A DNA stretch of 34,245 nucleotides, taken from Bacteroidia bacterium (GTDB lineage Bacteria; Bacteroidota; Bacteroidia; Palsa-965). Shown here piece by piece: positions 9,690-19,037 of the stretch. Positions within the stretch are counted from its first letter, which is position 1; each line of letters begins with the position of its first letter. The position numbers and the translations under genes were made by a program. The stretch covers positions 1-34,245 of the forward strand of contig DASTSF010000199.1 in the NCBI GenBank assembly GCA_035760825.1. The letters run 5' to 3'. Under the pieces are notes generated by a model. It searched no databases. It saw only the letters and a list, made by a program, of their open reading frames with translations, and was not told the origin of the DNA.

Positions 9690-10670
9690 ATGTACTTTTT
9701 CCTGGCCATTTTTTCCTTCCTTTTCTCCGCAACATCCGTTGTGCTCTGTGTGCTGAAACCGGATCTCCAGCCGTGGATGTTCCCGGTTCCGGCTTTCCTG
9801 GGATGGATCACCGGGCTTTTGCTTATCAAAACAAGGACCGCCGCCGTGGATATCGCGGCCAACATTTGCGGACTCATTTCGCTGGGATTTTCACTCGACC
9901 AGGCGGGTGCCTCATTCCCGCTTTTCACCGTGACGCTTGTCGTGCTGATGCTCACGTACTCTTCCCGCACATTGTTTATCCGGAACATCGGCTATGTGAA
10001 GCAGACGTGGATAGAGCCGGTAACATTACTGACGGGTATTGCGCTTTTCGTTTTCGTGAACGTCGTGAAACACCCGGGATGGTATGGCTGGGCCTTCCCT
10101 GCACCGATCGTGCTGTTCGGTATCGTATATTATTCCTCGGCGCGCATCGAGACAAAAGCATTCCGGCGCGGCGCAGCGAACGAGCTGAAAGTTGGCATCG
10201 GATCGAAAGCACCTGACTTCGCGCTGAACGACGAGAACGGGAAGAGCATTTCGCTCGCGGAGATCCTGAAAACACAGCCGGTCCTGCTGCTTTTCGTGCG
10301 CGGCGACTGGTGCCCCACCTGCCACATCATGCTGCGCACCTACCAGCGTGAAAGCGATCACTTCAAAAGAAAAAACGTGATGGTCCTTGCCATCGGTCCC
10401 GATCCGCAGGGCGTGAACAAAGCCATGGTGGAGAAAATGAGCCTCAGCTTCCACGTGCTTTCGGATGACCGGCAGGAAGTCCTTTCGCTTTACGGGATCC
10501 AGTTCCTCGAACCGATCATGGGTCAGAAATTCGAAGTCGGATCACCGCTTCCCGCGTCCATTCTCATCGACCGGAAAGGCGTCATCCGGCACATTTGCCG
10601 CGCCGACCGTGCGGGCGAGTTCCTGAACCCGCTGCAGATATTCACCGTGCTTGAAAAAATGGACACATGA
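9690..10670 (+). CDS. Membrane-anchored thioredoxin-fold redoxin, tandem paralogue of the preceding gene
   Basis: 326 aa with the same architecture. LLLFVRGDWCPTCHIMLRTYQ and LPASILID; collinear with the upstream paralogue along the whole C-terminal domain. Confidence 0.8.
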   Translation: MYFFLAIFSFLFSATSVVLCVLKPDLQPWMFPVPAFLGWITGLLLIKTRTAAVDIAANICGLISLGFSLDQAGASFPLFTVTLVVLMLTYSSRTLFIRNIGYVKQTWIEPVTLLTGIALFVFVNVVKHPGWYGWAFPAPIVLFGIVYYSSARIETKAFRRGAANELKVGIGSKAPDFALNDENGKSISLAEILKTQPVLLLFVRGDWCPTCHIMLRTYQRESDHFKRKNVMVLAIGPDPQGVNKAMVEKMSLSFHVLSDDRQEVLSLYGIQFLEPIMGQKFEVGSPLPASILIDRKGVIRHICRADRAGEFLNPLQIFTVLEKMDT

Positions 10671-11995
10671 TAACCGCGGTTATTATTTCGGGCATTATCG
10701 CGCTGGCCTGTGCCGGGTTTTCAGTGTATGCGCTTCTTTCGCGGAACAGGATGAGATCGGCGTTCGACGGGCTGAACAAGCAGATCAACAATTACCAGAG
10801 CATCATCGACCAGGCGAACGACGCCATGATCGTGATCGACATCGTGGACGGACGCATTCACCAGTCGAACCCCGGCGCCGCACAGCTGCTGGGTTATTCA
10901 CAGGAAGAGCTTTCGAAAAAATCGCTTTTCGATCTGCACCCGAAAGAAGACCTGGAAAGATCCTCGATGATCGTGGCGGATGTGTGGGAAAAAGGCGGAC
11001 TTATCTACAAAGACATCCCGTTCGTTACAAAATCAGGAGAAATTCTCCCGGTGGAATGCAGCGCGAAGGTCGCTCCTTTCGCCGGCCGTCCCGCTATCGT
11101 GATCTACGCACGGGACATCCGCGAACGCCTTAAGCTCGAAGGCGAGATCCAGCTGCAGAAAAACATCATCGAGCAGAAGAACAAGGATATCACGGACAGC
11201 ATCAATTATGCGAAACGCATCCAGGAAGCCATCCTGCCCACGGAAGAACAGATGAAAGAAGTGGCCCCGGATCATTTTGTTTTTTACCGTCCGAAAGATA
11301 TCGTCAGCGGGGATTTTTACTGGGCGACGAGCGTAACCACCACAGATCCTTCGCGGCCCGACCAGAAAAAATATTCCCTCATCGCCGCGATCGATTGCAC
11401 CGGCCACGGCGTTCCCGGGGCATTCATGAGCATCGTGGGCCACACCATACTCGAGCAGACGATCACCGACCCCGACGTGAACAGCCCGGCCCAGGCGCTG
11501 GATTTTCTCAATCGCGGGGTGATCAAAACGCTCAAGCAGAAAGCGAACGATGATTTTTCCGTGAAGGACGGAATGGATATGGCCTTCTGCGCCATCGACC
11601 CGGAAAAACGGATCCTCAATTTCGCCGGGGCGAACAATCCCGTTTATATCATTCGCGGCGGGCAACTCATTGAGCTGTCCGGGGACAAACAGCCGATCGG
11701 CGCGTACATGAAAGATGTCGCCCCGTTCACCGATAAAAGTTTCCAGCTCGAAAAAGGTGATTGCATCTACATTTTCACGGACGGCATCGCCGACCAGTTC
11801 GGCGGACCGAAGGGAAAAAAATTCAAATACAAACAACTGCAGCAACTGCTGGTGAACATTCATTCGCAGAATATGGACCAGCAGAAAAAAACCATCGTTA
11901 AAACGGTGGAGGACTGGATGAGCTTCCCCACGCCATCGGGAGGAACGTTCGAGCAGACAGACGACATGCTTATCATCGGCGTACGGGTTTCCTGA
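10667..11995 (+). CDS. TM + PAS sensor SpoIIE/PP2C-family protein phosphatase
   Basis: 442 aa. One N-terminal TM helix, then a PAS-like segment (IIDQANDAMIVIDIVDGRIHQSNPGAAQLLGYSQEEL) and a coiled-coil linker. PP2C motifs: DIVSGDFYWA, DCTGHGVPGAFMS, DGMDMAF, TDGIADQFGG, DDMLIIGVRV. Its ATG overlaps the upstream stop (ATGA at 10667-10670). Confidence 0.85.
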   Translation: MITAVIISGIIALACAGFSVYALLSRNRMRSAFDGLNKQINNYQSIIDQANDAMIVIDIVDGRIHQSNPGAAQLLGYSQEELSKKSLFDLHPKEDLERSSMIVADVWEKGGLIYKDIPFVTKSGEILPVECSAKVAPFAGRPAIVIYARDIRERLKLEGEIQLQKNIIEQKNKDITDSINYAKRIQEAILPTEEQMKEVAPDHFVFYRPKDIVSGDFYWATSVTTTDPSRPDQKKYSLIAAIDCTGHGVPGAFMSIVGHTILEQTITDPDVNSPAQALDFLNRGVIKTLKQKANDDFSVKDGMDMAFCAIDPEKRILNFAGANNPVYIIRGGQLIELSGDKQPIGAYMKDVAPFTDKSFQLEKGDCIYIFTDGIADQFGGPKGKKFKYKQLQQLLVNIHSQNMDQQKKTIVKTVEDWMSFPTPSGGTFEQTDDMLIIGVRVS

Positions 11996-12009
11996 ATTTT
12001 CCATAACGC

Positions 12010-13944
12010 ATGACCAGCGAAGAGCGAGCAGGAATCGAAAAAATGCTTGCCGGCGGAGTGAGCGGCCGGGAGCGCGTTGACCTGCTCAATAAAGTGGCCG
12101 TGGAATACCGGTTTTCAGAGCCGCAGCGTTTCTGCGATTATGCGACGGAAGCCTGCACAGCTGCGGAAGAGATCGGGTACACGGAAGGTCTTGCACGTGC
12201 AGAACGGCATCTCGGCTATTTCTACGAGCAACAGGCCGATTACCCGAAAACACTTTCCTATTGCAGCAAAGCGCTCGAACATTACAAGTCCGTGCCCGGC
12301 TTATCGACGGAGATCATCGCAACAAACAACCTGGTTGCGAAAGTTTATGCCAACCTCGGCGATTTTACCAAAGGGCTGGAATACCTCTACGAAAGTCTAC
12401 GGCTGTCGGAAGAAACGGGAAACAAAACGGCGGAAACCAACACGCTGAATTCGATGAGCGTTCTTTACCAGCGTCTGGGGAATGCAGCAAAAGCGGAGGA
12501 ATGCGCTTCGCGCGGCCTGACGCTGGCGGCAGAGCTAACCGACCAGCGTGTGCTTGGCGTGACGATGGTGAATCTCGGCAATGCGTACGGCATGACCAAA
12601 GACTGGACGCGCGCGCTCGAACAGTGGAAAACGAGTCTTTCTATTTTTGAAAAGCTCGGCGACGAAGACCTGCAATCGAGCGTGCTCGGGAACATGGGCA
12701 TTACGCACATGAACCTCGGCGAATACGATCGCGCTGATGAATACCTCTCGCGCTGCCTTGCCATCAAAAAACAAACGGGCAACCGGTACGACGTGGCACG
12801 TTCGCTGCAGAACCTCGCTTCCGTCAGCAGCTCGATGAAGCAATACCGGAAATCGCTCGATTATTGCCGCGAAGGTCTTGAGCTCGCGGCGCTGGTTGAT
12901 GCACGTTCGCTCGAATACCAGCTGTGGTATGAAATGGCGGCCGCGTATAAAGGTCTCGGCGATTTTGAGAATGCGCTGACGTGCTTTGAAAAATACCATT
13001 CGCTGGAAAAAGAAATTTTCACGGAAGAGATGCGCCTGAAAACGGATGCGCTCCAGCTGCGTTTCGCCATTGAAAAATCAGAAAAAGAAAAAGAGATCTA
13101 CCGGCTGAAGAACATCGACCTTGCCGAGGCGAACGAAAAGATCACGATCCAGAAAGAAGTAATCGAGGAAAAGAACCGCGACATCACGGCCGGCATACGA
13201 TATGCGCAGCGCATCCAGGAAGCGTTGCTGCCGCAGGAAAGCGCGTTACGCCATGGATTCAGCGAAGCTTTCGTGGCATATTTTCCACGCGACATCGTGA
13301 GCGGCGATTTTTACTGGTCGCTCATCAGCGAGGACGCGGTTCTTTTTGCCGCAGCCGACTGCACGGGACACGGTGTTCCGGGCGCGCTCATGAGCGTGAT
13401 GGGCGCGGCGTTCCTTTCCGAGATCGTCAATGAGCGCGGCGTCACCGATCCTGCGGAAGCGCTGAACCTGCTCCGCCTGAAAGTCATCACCGCGCTGCAG
13501 GGAAAGGAAGAACGCGATGCCACCGAAAGCGGTTTACGCGACGGGATGGACATCGTGCTGTGCCGGTACGAACCGGCTTCGCGGCTGCTCCGTTTTGCCT
13601 GTGCGAACAACCCGCTGTGGCTGCTGCGCAAAGGAAACATTACAGAATTCGGGGCGGATAAATTCCCTGTCGGACTGCATCACGGCGCAATGATGAATTT
13701 CACCACGCGGCAGGTCACGCTCCAGCCCGGCGACCAGCTTTTCCTTTTCACCGATGGTTTTGCAGACCAGTTCGGCGGAACGAAAGAAAAAAAATTCGGG
13801 TACCGCCGCCTGCGTGAGCTGTTCGTTTCCATAGCGGGTCTTGCGGCGGCGGAACAAAAAGCCGCTCTTGAAAAAGCCTTCCGCGAATGGAAGGGAGAGA
13901 ACGACCAGGTAGATGATCTGCTGGTGATCGGCGTTAAAGCCTGA
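12010..13944 (+). CDS. TPR-repeat sensor SpoIIE/PP2C-family protein phosphatase
   Basis: 644 aa. The N-terminal ~330 aa contain repeated TPR-like units (…YANLGDFTKGLEYLYESL…, …LGNAYGMTKDWTRALEQW…, …HMNLGEYDRADEYLSRCL…). A coiled coil and PP2C motifs follow: DIVSGDFYWS, DCTGHGVPGALMS, DGMDIVL, TDGFADQFGG, DDLLVIGVK. Confidence 0.85.
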   Translation: MTSEERAGIEKMLAGGVSGRERVDLLNKVAVEYRFSEPQRFCDYATEACTAAEEIGYTEGLARAERHLGYFYEQQADYPKTLSYCSKALEHYKSVPGLSTEIIATNNLVAKVYANLGDFTKGLEYLYESLRLSEETGNKTAETNTLNSMSVLYQRLGNAAKAEECASRGLTLAAELTDQRVLGVTMVNLGNAYGMTKDWTRALEQWKTSLSIFEKLGDEDLQSSVLGNMGITHMNLGEYDRADEYLSRCLAIKKQTGNRYDVARSLQNLASVSSSMKQYRKSLDYCREGLELAALVDARSLEYQLWYEMAAAYKGLGDFENALTCFEKYHSLEKEIFTEEMRLKTDALQLRFAIEKSEKEKEIYRLKNIDLAEANEKITIQKEVIEEKNRDITAGIRYAQRIQEALLPQESALRHGFSEAFVAYFPRDIVSGDFYWSLISEDAVLFAAADCTGHGVPGALMSVMGAAFLSEIVNERGVTDPAEALNLLRLKVITALQGKEERDATESGLRDGMDIVLCRYEPASRLLRFACANNPLWLLRKGNITEFGADKFPVGLHHGAMMNFTTRQVTLQPGDQLFLFTDGFADQFGGTKEKKFGYRRLRELFVSIAGLAAAEQKAALEKAFREWKGENDQVDDLLVIGVKA

Positions 13945-13950
13945 ACGGGA

Positions 13951-15237
13951 TCAGGTGCTGACGGGAGCAGAATTCCCTTTGCGCAATGTAAGCACCGTCA
14001 CCTCCGGCCATATTCCCACGCGACCGGGAAAAGCAAGAAATCCGAAACCGCGGTTGACGTAGATGTAACGTTTCGCTTCATTATACAATCCGGCCCAGTG
14101 CGGGTAGGCAAACTGTACCGGGCTCCATTTGACGCCGGGAATTTCCACACCGAATTGCGCACCGTGCGTGTGGCCGGACAGCGTCATGTGCACATGAGTC
14201 GGGTGCTGCGAAACGATCTCGTCGAAATGGGAAGGATCGTGCGACAATAATATTTTGAACGCATTTTCAGGAACACCTTCGAGCGCTTTGTCGAGGTCGC
14301 CCTCATGAAGAAATCCCCTTCCCCAGTCTTCGACGCCGAGCAGGTAAAGCTGCTGGCCGTCCTTTTCGATCACCGTGTGTTCGTTGCGCAGCAGCCTGAA
14401 GCCGAGCTCGCCGTGAATTTCGCAAAGACGGTTGAAACTTTTCAGGCGTTCCTGCTCGGGCCAGGTGAGGTACATTCCGTAATCGTGGTTGCCGAGGATG
14501 GAATATTGTCCGTACGGTGCGCGCAGCTGTTTCACCTCGTTCATCCACGGGTCCATTTCAGAGGCCATGTTGTTGACAAGATCGCCGGTAAAAACGAAGA
14601 GATCGGATTTTTCCGCATTGGCCATTGCGATCCCGCGGCGCACTTCGTCACGGTCGGAATCGGGGTCGAAGCTGCCGATGTGAATATCCGAAAGCTGCGT
14701 GATGGTGAACCCGTCGAACGCATCCGGCAGATCGGGAAAGAAAACTTCTTCGCGGCGCACGCGGAAACGGAATTTTCCGGCGGTAAGTCCGTGAATGATC
14801 CCGGCAAACGGGATGGCCGCAGTCGCCGCCGCCACGGTGCTGATGAATTTCCTGCGGCTGCTTCCGAACTCCATCGGGTCGTTTTTTGTCAGCACATTAT
14901 GCCCGAGCGAATAAAATCCCCGCAGGAGCCGGTAAACATCTTCTCCCAGCAGGAAAAGCGAAAACACCAGCTTGGGAATAAAGAACAGCACCCAGGCCCC
15001 GACGAACATCATGAACGAACGCGGAAATCCTTTGCTGAAAGAAGTGAACAGCACCAGCGCGAACATCCACAGGTAAAGACCTGCATTGATGCTCCAGAAA
15101 GTCCACTGGACGATTTTTTTCGTTCGTGATGAATATCCGCTGGTGATCGCTTTTACGCCTGAAAAAACGTAGAAATCGATGAGCAGAAGAAAGACAACGA
15201 AAATGAGGATGCCGATAAAACCAGGTGCTCTGTGCAT
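13951..15237 (-). CDS. Membrane-anchored metallophosphoesterase (calcineurin-like)
   Basis: 428 aa. Four N-terminal hydrophobic helices, then metallophosphoesterase motifs LSDIHIG, FTGDLVNN, GNHDY, SHDP, SGHTHG. Confidence 0.85.
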   Translation of the reverse strand: MHRAPGFIGILIFVVFLLLIDFYVFSGVKAITSGYSSRTKKIVQWTFWSINAGLYLWMFALVLFTSFSKGFPRSFMMFVGAWVLFFIPKLVFSLFLLGEDVYRLLRGFYSLGHNVLTKNDPMEFGSSRRKFISTVAAATAAIPFAGIIHGLTAGKFRFRVRREEVFFPDLPDAFDGFTITQLSDIHIGSFDPDSDRDEVRRGIAMANAEKSDLFVFTGDLVNNMASEMDPWMNEVKQLRAPYGQYSILGNHDYGMYLTWPEQERLKSFNRLCEIHGELGFRLLRNEHTVIEKDGQQLYLLGVEDWGRGFLHEGDLDKALEGVPENAFKILLSHDPSHFDEIVSQHPTHVHMTLSGHTHGAQFGVEIPGVKWSPVQFAYPHWAGLYNEAKRYIYVNRGFGFLAFPGRVGIWPEVTVLTLRKGNSAPVST

Positions 15238-15398
15238 TGTGAAAACAAAGGTACTGGTTAGTGGTCGGAATGATTGGTTAATTTATTTTAAACGGGAGAA
15301 AATATCGCCGGGAAAAGATTTATCTGTGCCTGCATCAGCTCAATGAATGCGCCTGTTTGCGGTTTTTGAGATATGCTCTACCTTTCGCTTCCCGTGGA

Positions 15399-18300
15399 AT
15401 GAAACACCTGCTCTCCTTTTTTCTTTCGCTTGCACTTTCTTCGCTTGCCGCGCAGGAAACAGGACAATTCCGCCACTACACCACGGAAGATGGTCTTTCG
15501 CAGAATTCCGTTTACTCCATTGTGCAGGACCGCCAGGGATTTATGTGGATGGCCACACAGGACGGCCTCAGCCGTTTCGACGGTTATCGCTTCGAGGTTT
15601 TTCATCCGGATGCTGCCGATTCCAATTCACTTTCGAACAACAGCGTGCGCTGCCTCCTTGTCGCACGCGACGGACTGATCTGGATCGGGACGCGGGACGG
15701 CCTGAACGTTTTCGACCCGGTGAAAAAAAGGTTCTCGCATTTTTTCAAAGCGAAGAACGGATTGATCTCGGGAAATATTCTCAGTCTTGCGCAGGACAGC
15801 TCAGGCAACATCTGGGTGTCTTCGCTTCATGAAGGCGTCAGTGTCTACAACCAGCAGAAAAAAACATTCTCGTATTTCCGCCACGACGACAGTAACCCGA
15901 ATTCCCTCTGCGGGAACGACGTACGCGGCATGTGCTGCGATCATAACGGGCACATGTGGCTCGTCACCTGGTCGAACGGCATGAGCGAATACGACCCTTC
16001 TTCCGGAAAATGGACAACCTTTTCCAGCGGGGGCGGACCGGGACAGCTTTCGCATCCCAACAGCCGTGGCGCCATCTGCGCCGACAGCAAAGGAAGGATC
16101 TGGATCGGCACGTGGGGCCGCGGGCTCGACATGTGGGATCCGTCGAAGCACGAAATGTTTTCCGAAGACCGCAACACGCCGGAACTTCCGCAGATGCGCT
16201 CGGGTCTTGTGTGGTCGGTTTATGAAACAAGGAACGGGCACATCTGGTTCACGACAGCGGAAAAAGGCGTTTATGATTTCGATCCCGCCACCGGCCATTA
16301 CAGGAATTTCATCCACGATGCAGACGATCCTCGCTCCATCAACGACAACAGCATCTGGTCGATCACCGAAGACCGGAGCGGGCTCATCTGGACAGGCGCC
16401 TGGCAGGGCGGCGTGAACGTGTACGATCCGCGCATGGAACGTTTCGCGCTGTTCCGCGTAAACCCGAACGACAGCAACAGTCTTCCCGCGAATGTGACGT
16501 GGACCTTCTGCACGGACGGCGCCGGCGGAATATGGATGGGAACAGCGGCAGGACCGGTTCATTACGACCCGGTGACGAAACAGTTCCGGCAGCCTCCGCT
16601 CGACGATCCGGATCACAAAGTGCTTTACAAAAACGCTCCTACGCCGCGCTCGAACATACAGGCGCTTTGCCGCGACGGAAACGGCAACATCTGGATGGGA
16701 ACAGCCGGGGCAGGATTGCACTGCTATGATCCCGTTACGAAAACCTATGACCTTTACATGCCCGAAGAAAACAACGATGCTTCGCTCACCGGCAATACGG
16801 TTAACTCGCTTACGACAGATGAAGAGGGAAACGTCTGGGTTTGCTGCGGCAGCAGTCCTTTCCAGCGTTTCGACCCGGTCAGAAAAGCGTTTGAAAATTT
16901 TCCTTTTGCAAAAGGAGATTCGATCAGGCCCAACGACGGACCGGTCTGCAGCATCTCCGGCGGACCTGGAAAAATGATCGTCGGTCTCACAGGCGGAGAA
17001 GTTTTCGAGCTCGATGTAAAAACGCGGAAGTATACGCTCATCTGGAAATCTCCTTCCGATGTTTCCGTTACGAGTCTCTGCAGGGACAAGCTTGGCAGCC
17101 TGTGGATCGGCATGGGCGGATCGGGACTGATGTTCATCAACGGAAAAACGCAGACGCTGTTTACCGATAAAGATGGCTTGCCGAATGATTTCATCAACGG
17201 AATTATTCCCGGGGATAACGGCGAATTATGGCTAAGCACGAACCGCGGGATCTGCCGCTTTGATCCTGTGAAGCATGACGTACGCATTTTTACGACGGAA
17301 GACGGGCTGCAGGCGAACGAATTCAACCAGGGCGGCGCCTTCCGTTCGCACGACGGAAGGATCTGGTTTGGCGGCGTGAACGGCATCTCGGCATTTTTCC
17401 CCGACCAGATCACACCGAACACCTCTCCCGCCGCGGCGATCATCACATCGCTGACCGTGCTTAACAAAAAAATCCCGCTCGACAGCGACATCACGTTCAC
17501 GAAAGAGATCCGTCTTTCCTGGCGCGATTATTTTTTCTCGTTCGAGTTCAGCGGACTTGAATTCACCAACCCTGAGCGTAACCAGTATAAATACATGATG
17601 GAAGGTTTCGATGACGACTGGGTGGATGCCGGCACGCGGAGATTCGCCACCTATACGAATCTCGATCCCGGCGAATACACCTTCCGCGTTAAAGCGTCGA
17701 ACAACGACGGCAACTGGGACGGCCGCGAAGCGCGCATTCACATCATCATAACACCGCCCTTCTGGAAAACAAAATGGTTCTATACGCTCTGCGGAATTTT
17801 CATGCTGCTGTCTGTCGTCGGTTACATCCGCTGGCGCGAACGGAAACTGAGAAAAGAGAAAGAGGTGCTCGAATCGAAAGTGACGGAACGCACGTACGAG
17901 CTGCAGCAGGAAAAAGAAAAAGTAACCGCCGCGCACAAAGACATCCGCGACAGCATCAACTACGCGCAGCGCATACAGTATGCGCTTCTCTCGCACGACG
18001 AGCTGCTGAAGAAAAACCTGCCGGAGCATTTTATTTTCTTCCGCCCGAAAGACGTTGTCAGCGGCGATTTTTACTGGGCCACGCAGCAGGGACCCGTTTT
18101 CTGGCTCGCCGTCTGCGACAGCACGGGGCACGGTGTTCCCGGCGCATTCATGAGCCTGCTGAATATTTCCTACCTCAACGAAGCCATCATTGAAAAGAAA
18201 ATGACAGAGCCCGGCGCCGTTTTCGATTATGTACGGAGCCGCCTTATTGAAAATATTTCACAGGATGGCGGCAAGGATGGAATGGACGCGATCCTGCTGA

Positions 18301-18677
18301 AGATCGACCATGAAAAAAACACGATCACGTACGCCGCAGCGCACAATGCCCCGGTTGTAATCGTCAATGGAAATACGCTGGTGACGGAAACTGATAAAAT
18401 GCCGGTAGGCAAAGGAGAGCGAACCGATCACTTCAAAACACGAACGCTGGAAACCGTTCCCGGTGAAATGATCTACCTTTTTACGGACGGCTGTGCAGAC
18501 CAGTTCGGCGGACCGGCGGGGAAAAAATTCAAAGAGGTCAACCTGCGAAAAAATCTCGCGGAAATTTCTGCGCTTCCGGCGGGCGAACAGCGCAGCCGGC
18601 TGGAAAAAACGTTCGAAGACTGGAAAAGCCATCATGAACAGGTAGACGACGTGCTGGTGATCGGTGTGCGAATCTGA
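15399..18677 (+). CDS. Periplasmic beta-propeller / Y_Y_Y sensor + TM + SpoIIE/PP2C phosphatase
   Basis: The track ORF starts at a TTG (15357). I prefer ATG at 15399, which gives signal peptide MKHLLSFFLSLALSSLAAQE. Many two-component-regulator-propeller repeats are present (…G.IW.GT..GL..YD…). A YKYMMEGFDDDW…YTFRVKASNNDGNW (Y_Y_Y) domain and a TM helix (WFYTLCGIFMLLSVVGYI) follow. The coiled coil and PP2C motifs are VVSGDFYWA, DSTGHGVPGAFMS, DGMDAIL, TDGCADQFGG, DDVLVIGVRI. Confidence 0.85.
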   Translation: MKHLLSFFLSLALSSLAAQETGQFRHYTTEDGLSQNSVYSIVQDRQGFMWMATQDGLSRFDGYRFEVFHPDAADSNSLSNNSVRCLLVARDGLIWIGTRDGLNVFDPVKKRFSHFFKAKNGLISGNILSLAQDSSGNIWVSSLHEGVSVYNQQKKTFSYFRHDDSNPNSLCGNDVRGMCCDHNGHMWLVTWSNGMSEYDPSSGKWTTFSSGGGPGQLSHPNSRGAICADSKGRIWIGTWGRGLDMWDPSKHEMFSEDRNTPELPQMRSGLVWSVYETRNGHIWFTTAEKGVYDFDPATGHYRNFIHDADDPRSINDNSIWSITEDRSGLIWTGAWQGGVNVYDPRMERFALFRVNPNDSNSLPANVTWTFCTDGAGGIWMGTAAGPVHYDPVTKQFRQPPLDDPDHKVLYKNAPTPRSNIQALCRDGNGNIWMGTAGAGLHCYDPVTKTYDLYMPEENNDASLTGNTVNSLTTDEEGNVWVCCGSSPFQRFDPVRKAFENFPFAKGDSIRPNDGPVCSISGGPGKMIVGLTGGEVFELDVKTRKYTLIWKSPSDVSVTSLCRDKLGSLWIGMGGSGLMFINGKTQTLFTDKDGLPNDFINGIIPGDNGELWLSTNRGICRFDPVKHDVRIFTTEDGLQANEFNQGGAFRSHDGRIWFGGVNGISAFFPDQITPNTSPAAAIITSLTVLNKKIPLDSDITFTKEIRLSWRDYFFSFEFSGLEFTNPERNQYKYMMEGFDDDWVDAGTRRFATYTNLDPGEYTFRVKASNNDGNWDGREARIHIIITPPFWKTKWFYTLCGIFMLLSVVGYIRWRERKLRKEKEVLESKVTERTYELQQEKEKVTAAHKDIRDSINYAQRIQYALLSHDELLKKNLPEHFIFFRPKDVVSGDFYWATQQGPVFWLAVCDSTGHGVPGAFMSLLNISYLNEAIIEKKMTEPGAVFDYVRSRLIENISQDGGKDGMDAILLKIDHEKNTITYAAAHNAPVVIVNGNTLVTETDKMPVGKGERTDHFKTRTLETVPGEMIYLFTDGCADQFGGPAGKKFKEVNLRKNLAEISALPAGEQRSRLEKTFEDWKSHHEQVDDVLVIGVRI

Positions 18678-18780
18678 CGAAGTCCAACATCCCGCAACCA
18701 GCCGCCTGCAGAGCACACCGCCAAAACCAATTGCCGTGCCGGCGGGCAAACGTGGGCAAACCCGGTTCCGGTCTAATTTC

Positions 18781-18788
18781 TATTTTTG
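18781..18788 (+). promoter_or_regulatory. Bacteroidota-type -7 promoter box (TAnnTTTG) for the tRNA gene
   Basis: tatttttg is a perfect match to TAnnTTTG and lies 28 nt upstream of tRNA position 1. A 7-bp leader hairpin gttgcgc-tat-gcgcaac (18799-18815) abuts the tRNA 5' end. No clear -33 TTTG was seen. Confidence 0.45.
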
Positions 18789-18815
18789 CACCTCGTTTGT
18801 TGCGCTATGCGCAAC

Positions 18816-18889
<74 letters not shown>

Positions 18890-18890
18890 C

Positions 18891-18921
18891 AATGCGTCAG
18901 TTTCCAAGAAGCTGGCGCATT
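18891..18921 (+). terminator. Hairpin directly after the tRNA (terminator-like)
   Basis: aatgcgtcag (18891-18900) pairs with ctggcgcatt (18912-18921): 10 bp with one G.U and an 11-nt loop. It is followed by ttcattt. Confidence 0.45.
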
Positions 18922-19009
18922 TTCATTTGGGTGGTTTGCCGATCAGGAAGGCGACTTGTGGCGGCTTTGCCGCGCATCTCTCGCTACGAATGTCCACCGG
19001 ACATTCGCT

Positions 19010-19037
19010 TAACGCGCGTTCTCCCTCTGGGCCCACA
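19010..19037 (+). repeat. Decayed duplicate of the tRNA 3' end (att-like direct repeat)
   Basis: The 16-nt stretch tccctctgggcccaca at 19022-19037 is identical to 18876-18891 (T-stem 3' strand, acceptor 3' strand, discriminator and 2 nt beyond). Upstream similarity continues, degraded: cgcgcgttc versus cgcgggttcaag. Confidence 0.7.

Noticed and set aside
11033-12004. Long antisense ORF in a PP2C phosphatase gene; similar ones lie at 15801-16721, 16754-17500 and 17232-18131
   Set aside because: All lie opposite strongly supported sensor-phosphatase genes and translate to Arg/Val/His-rich sequence without motifs. They are shadow ORFs.
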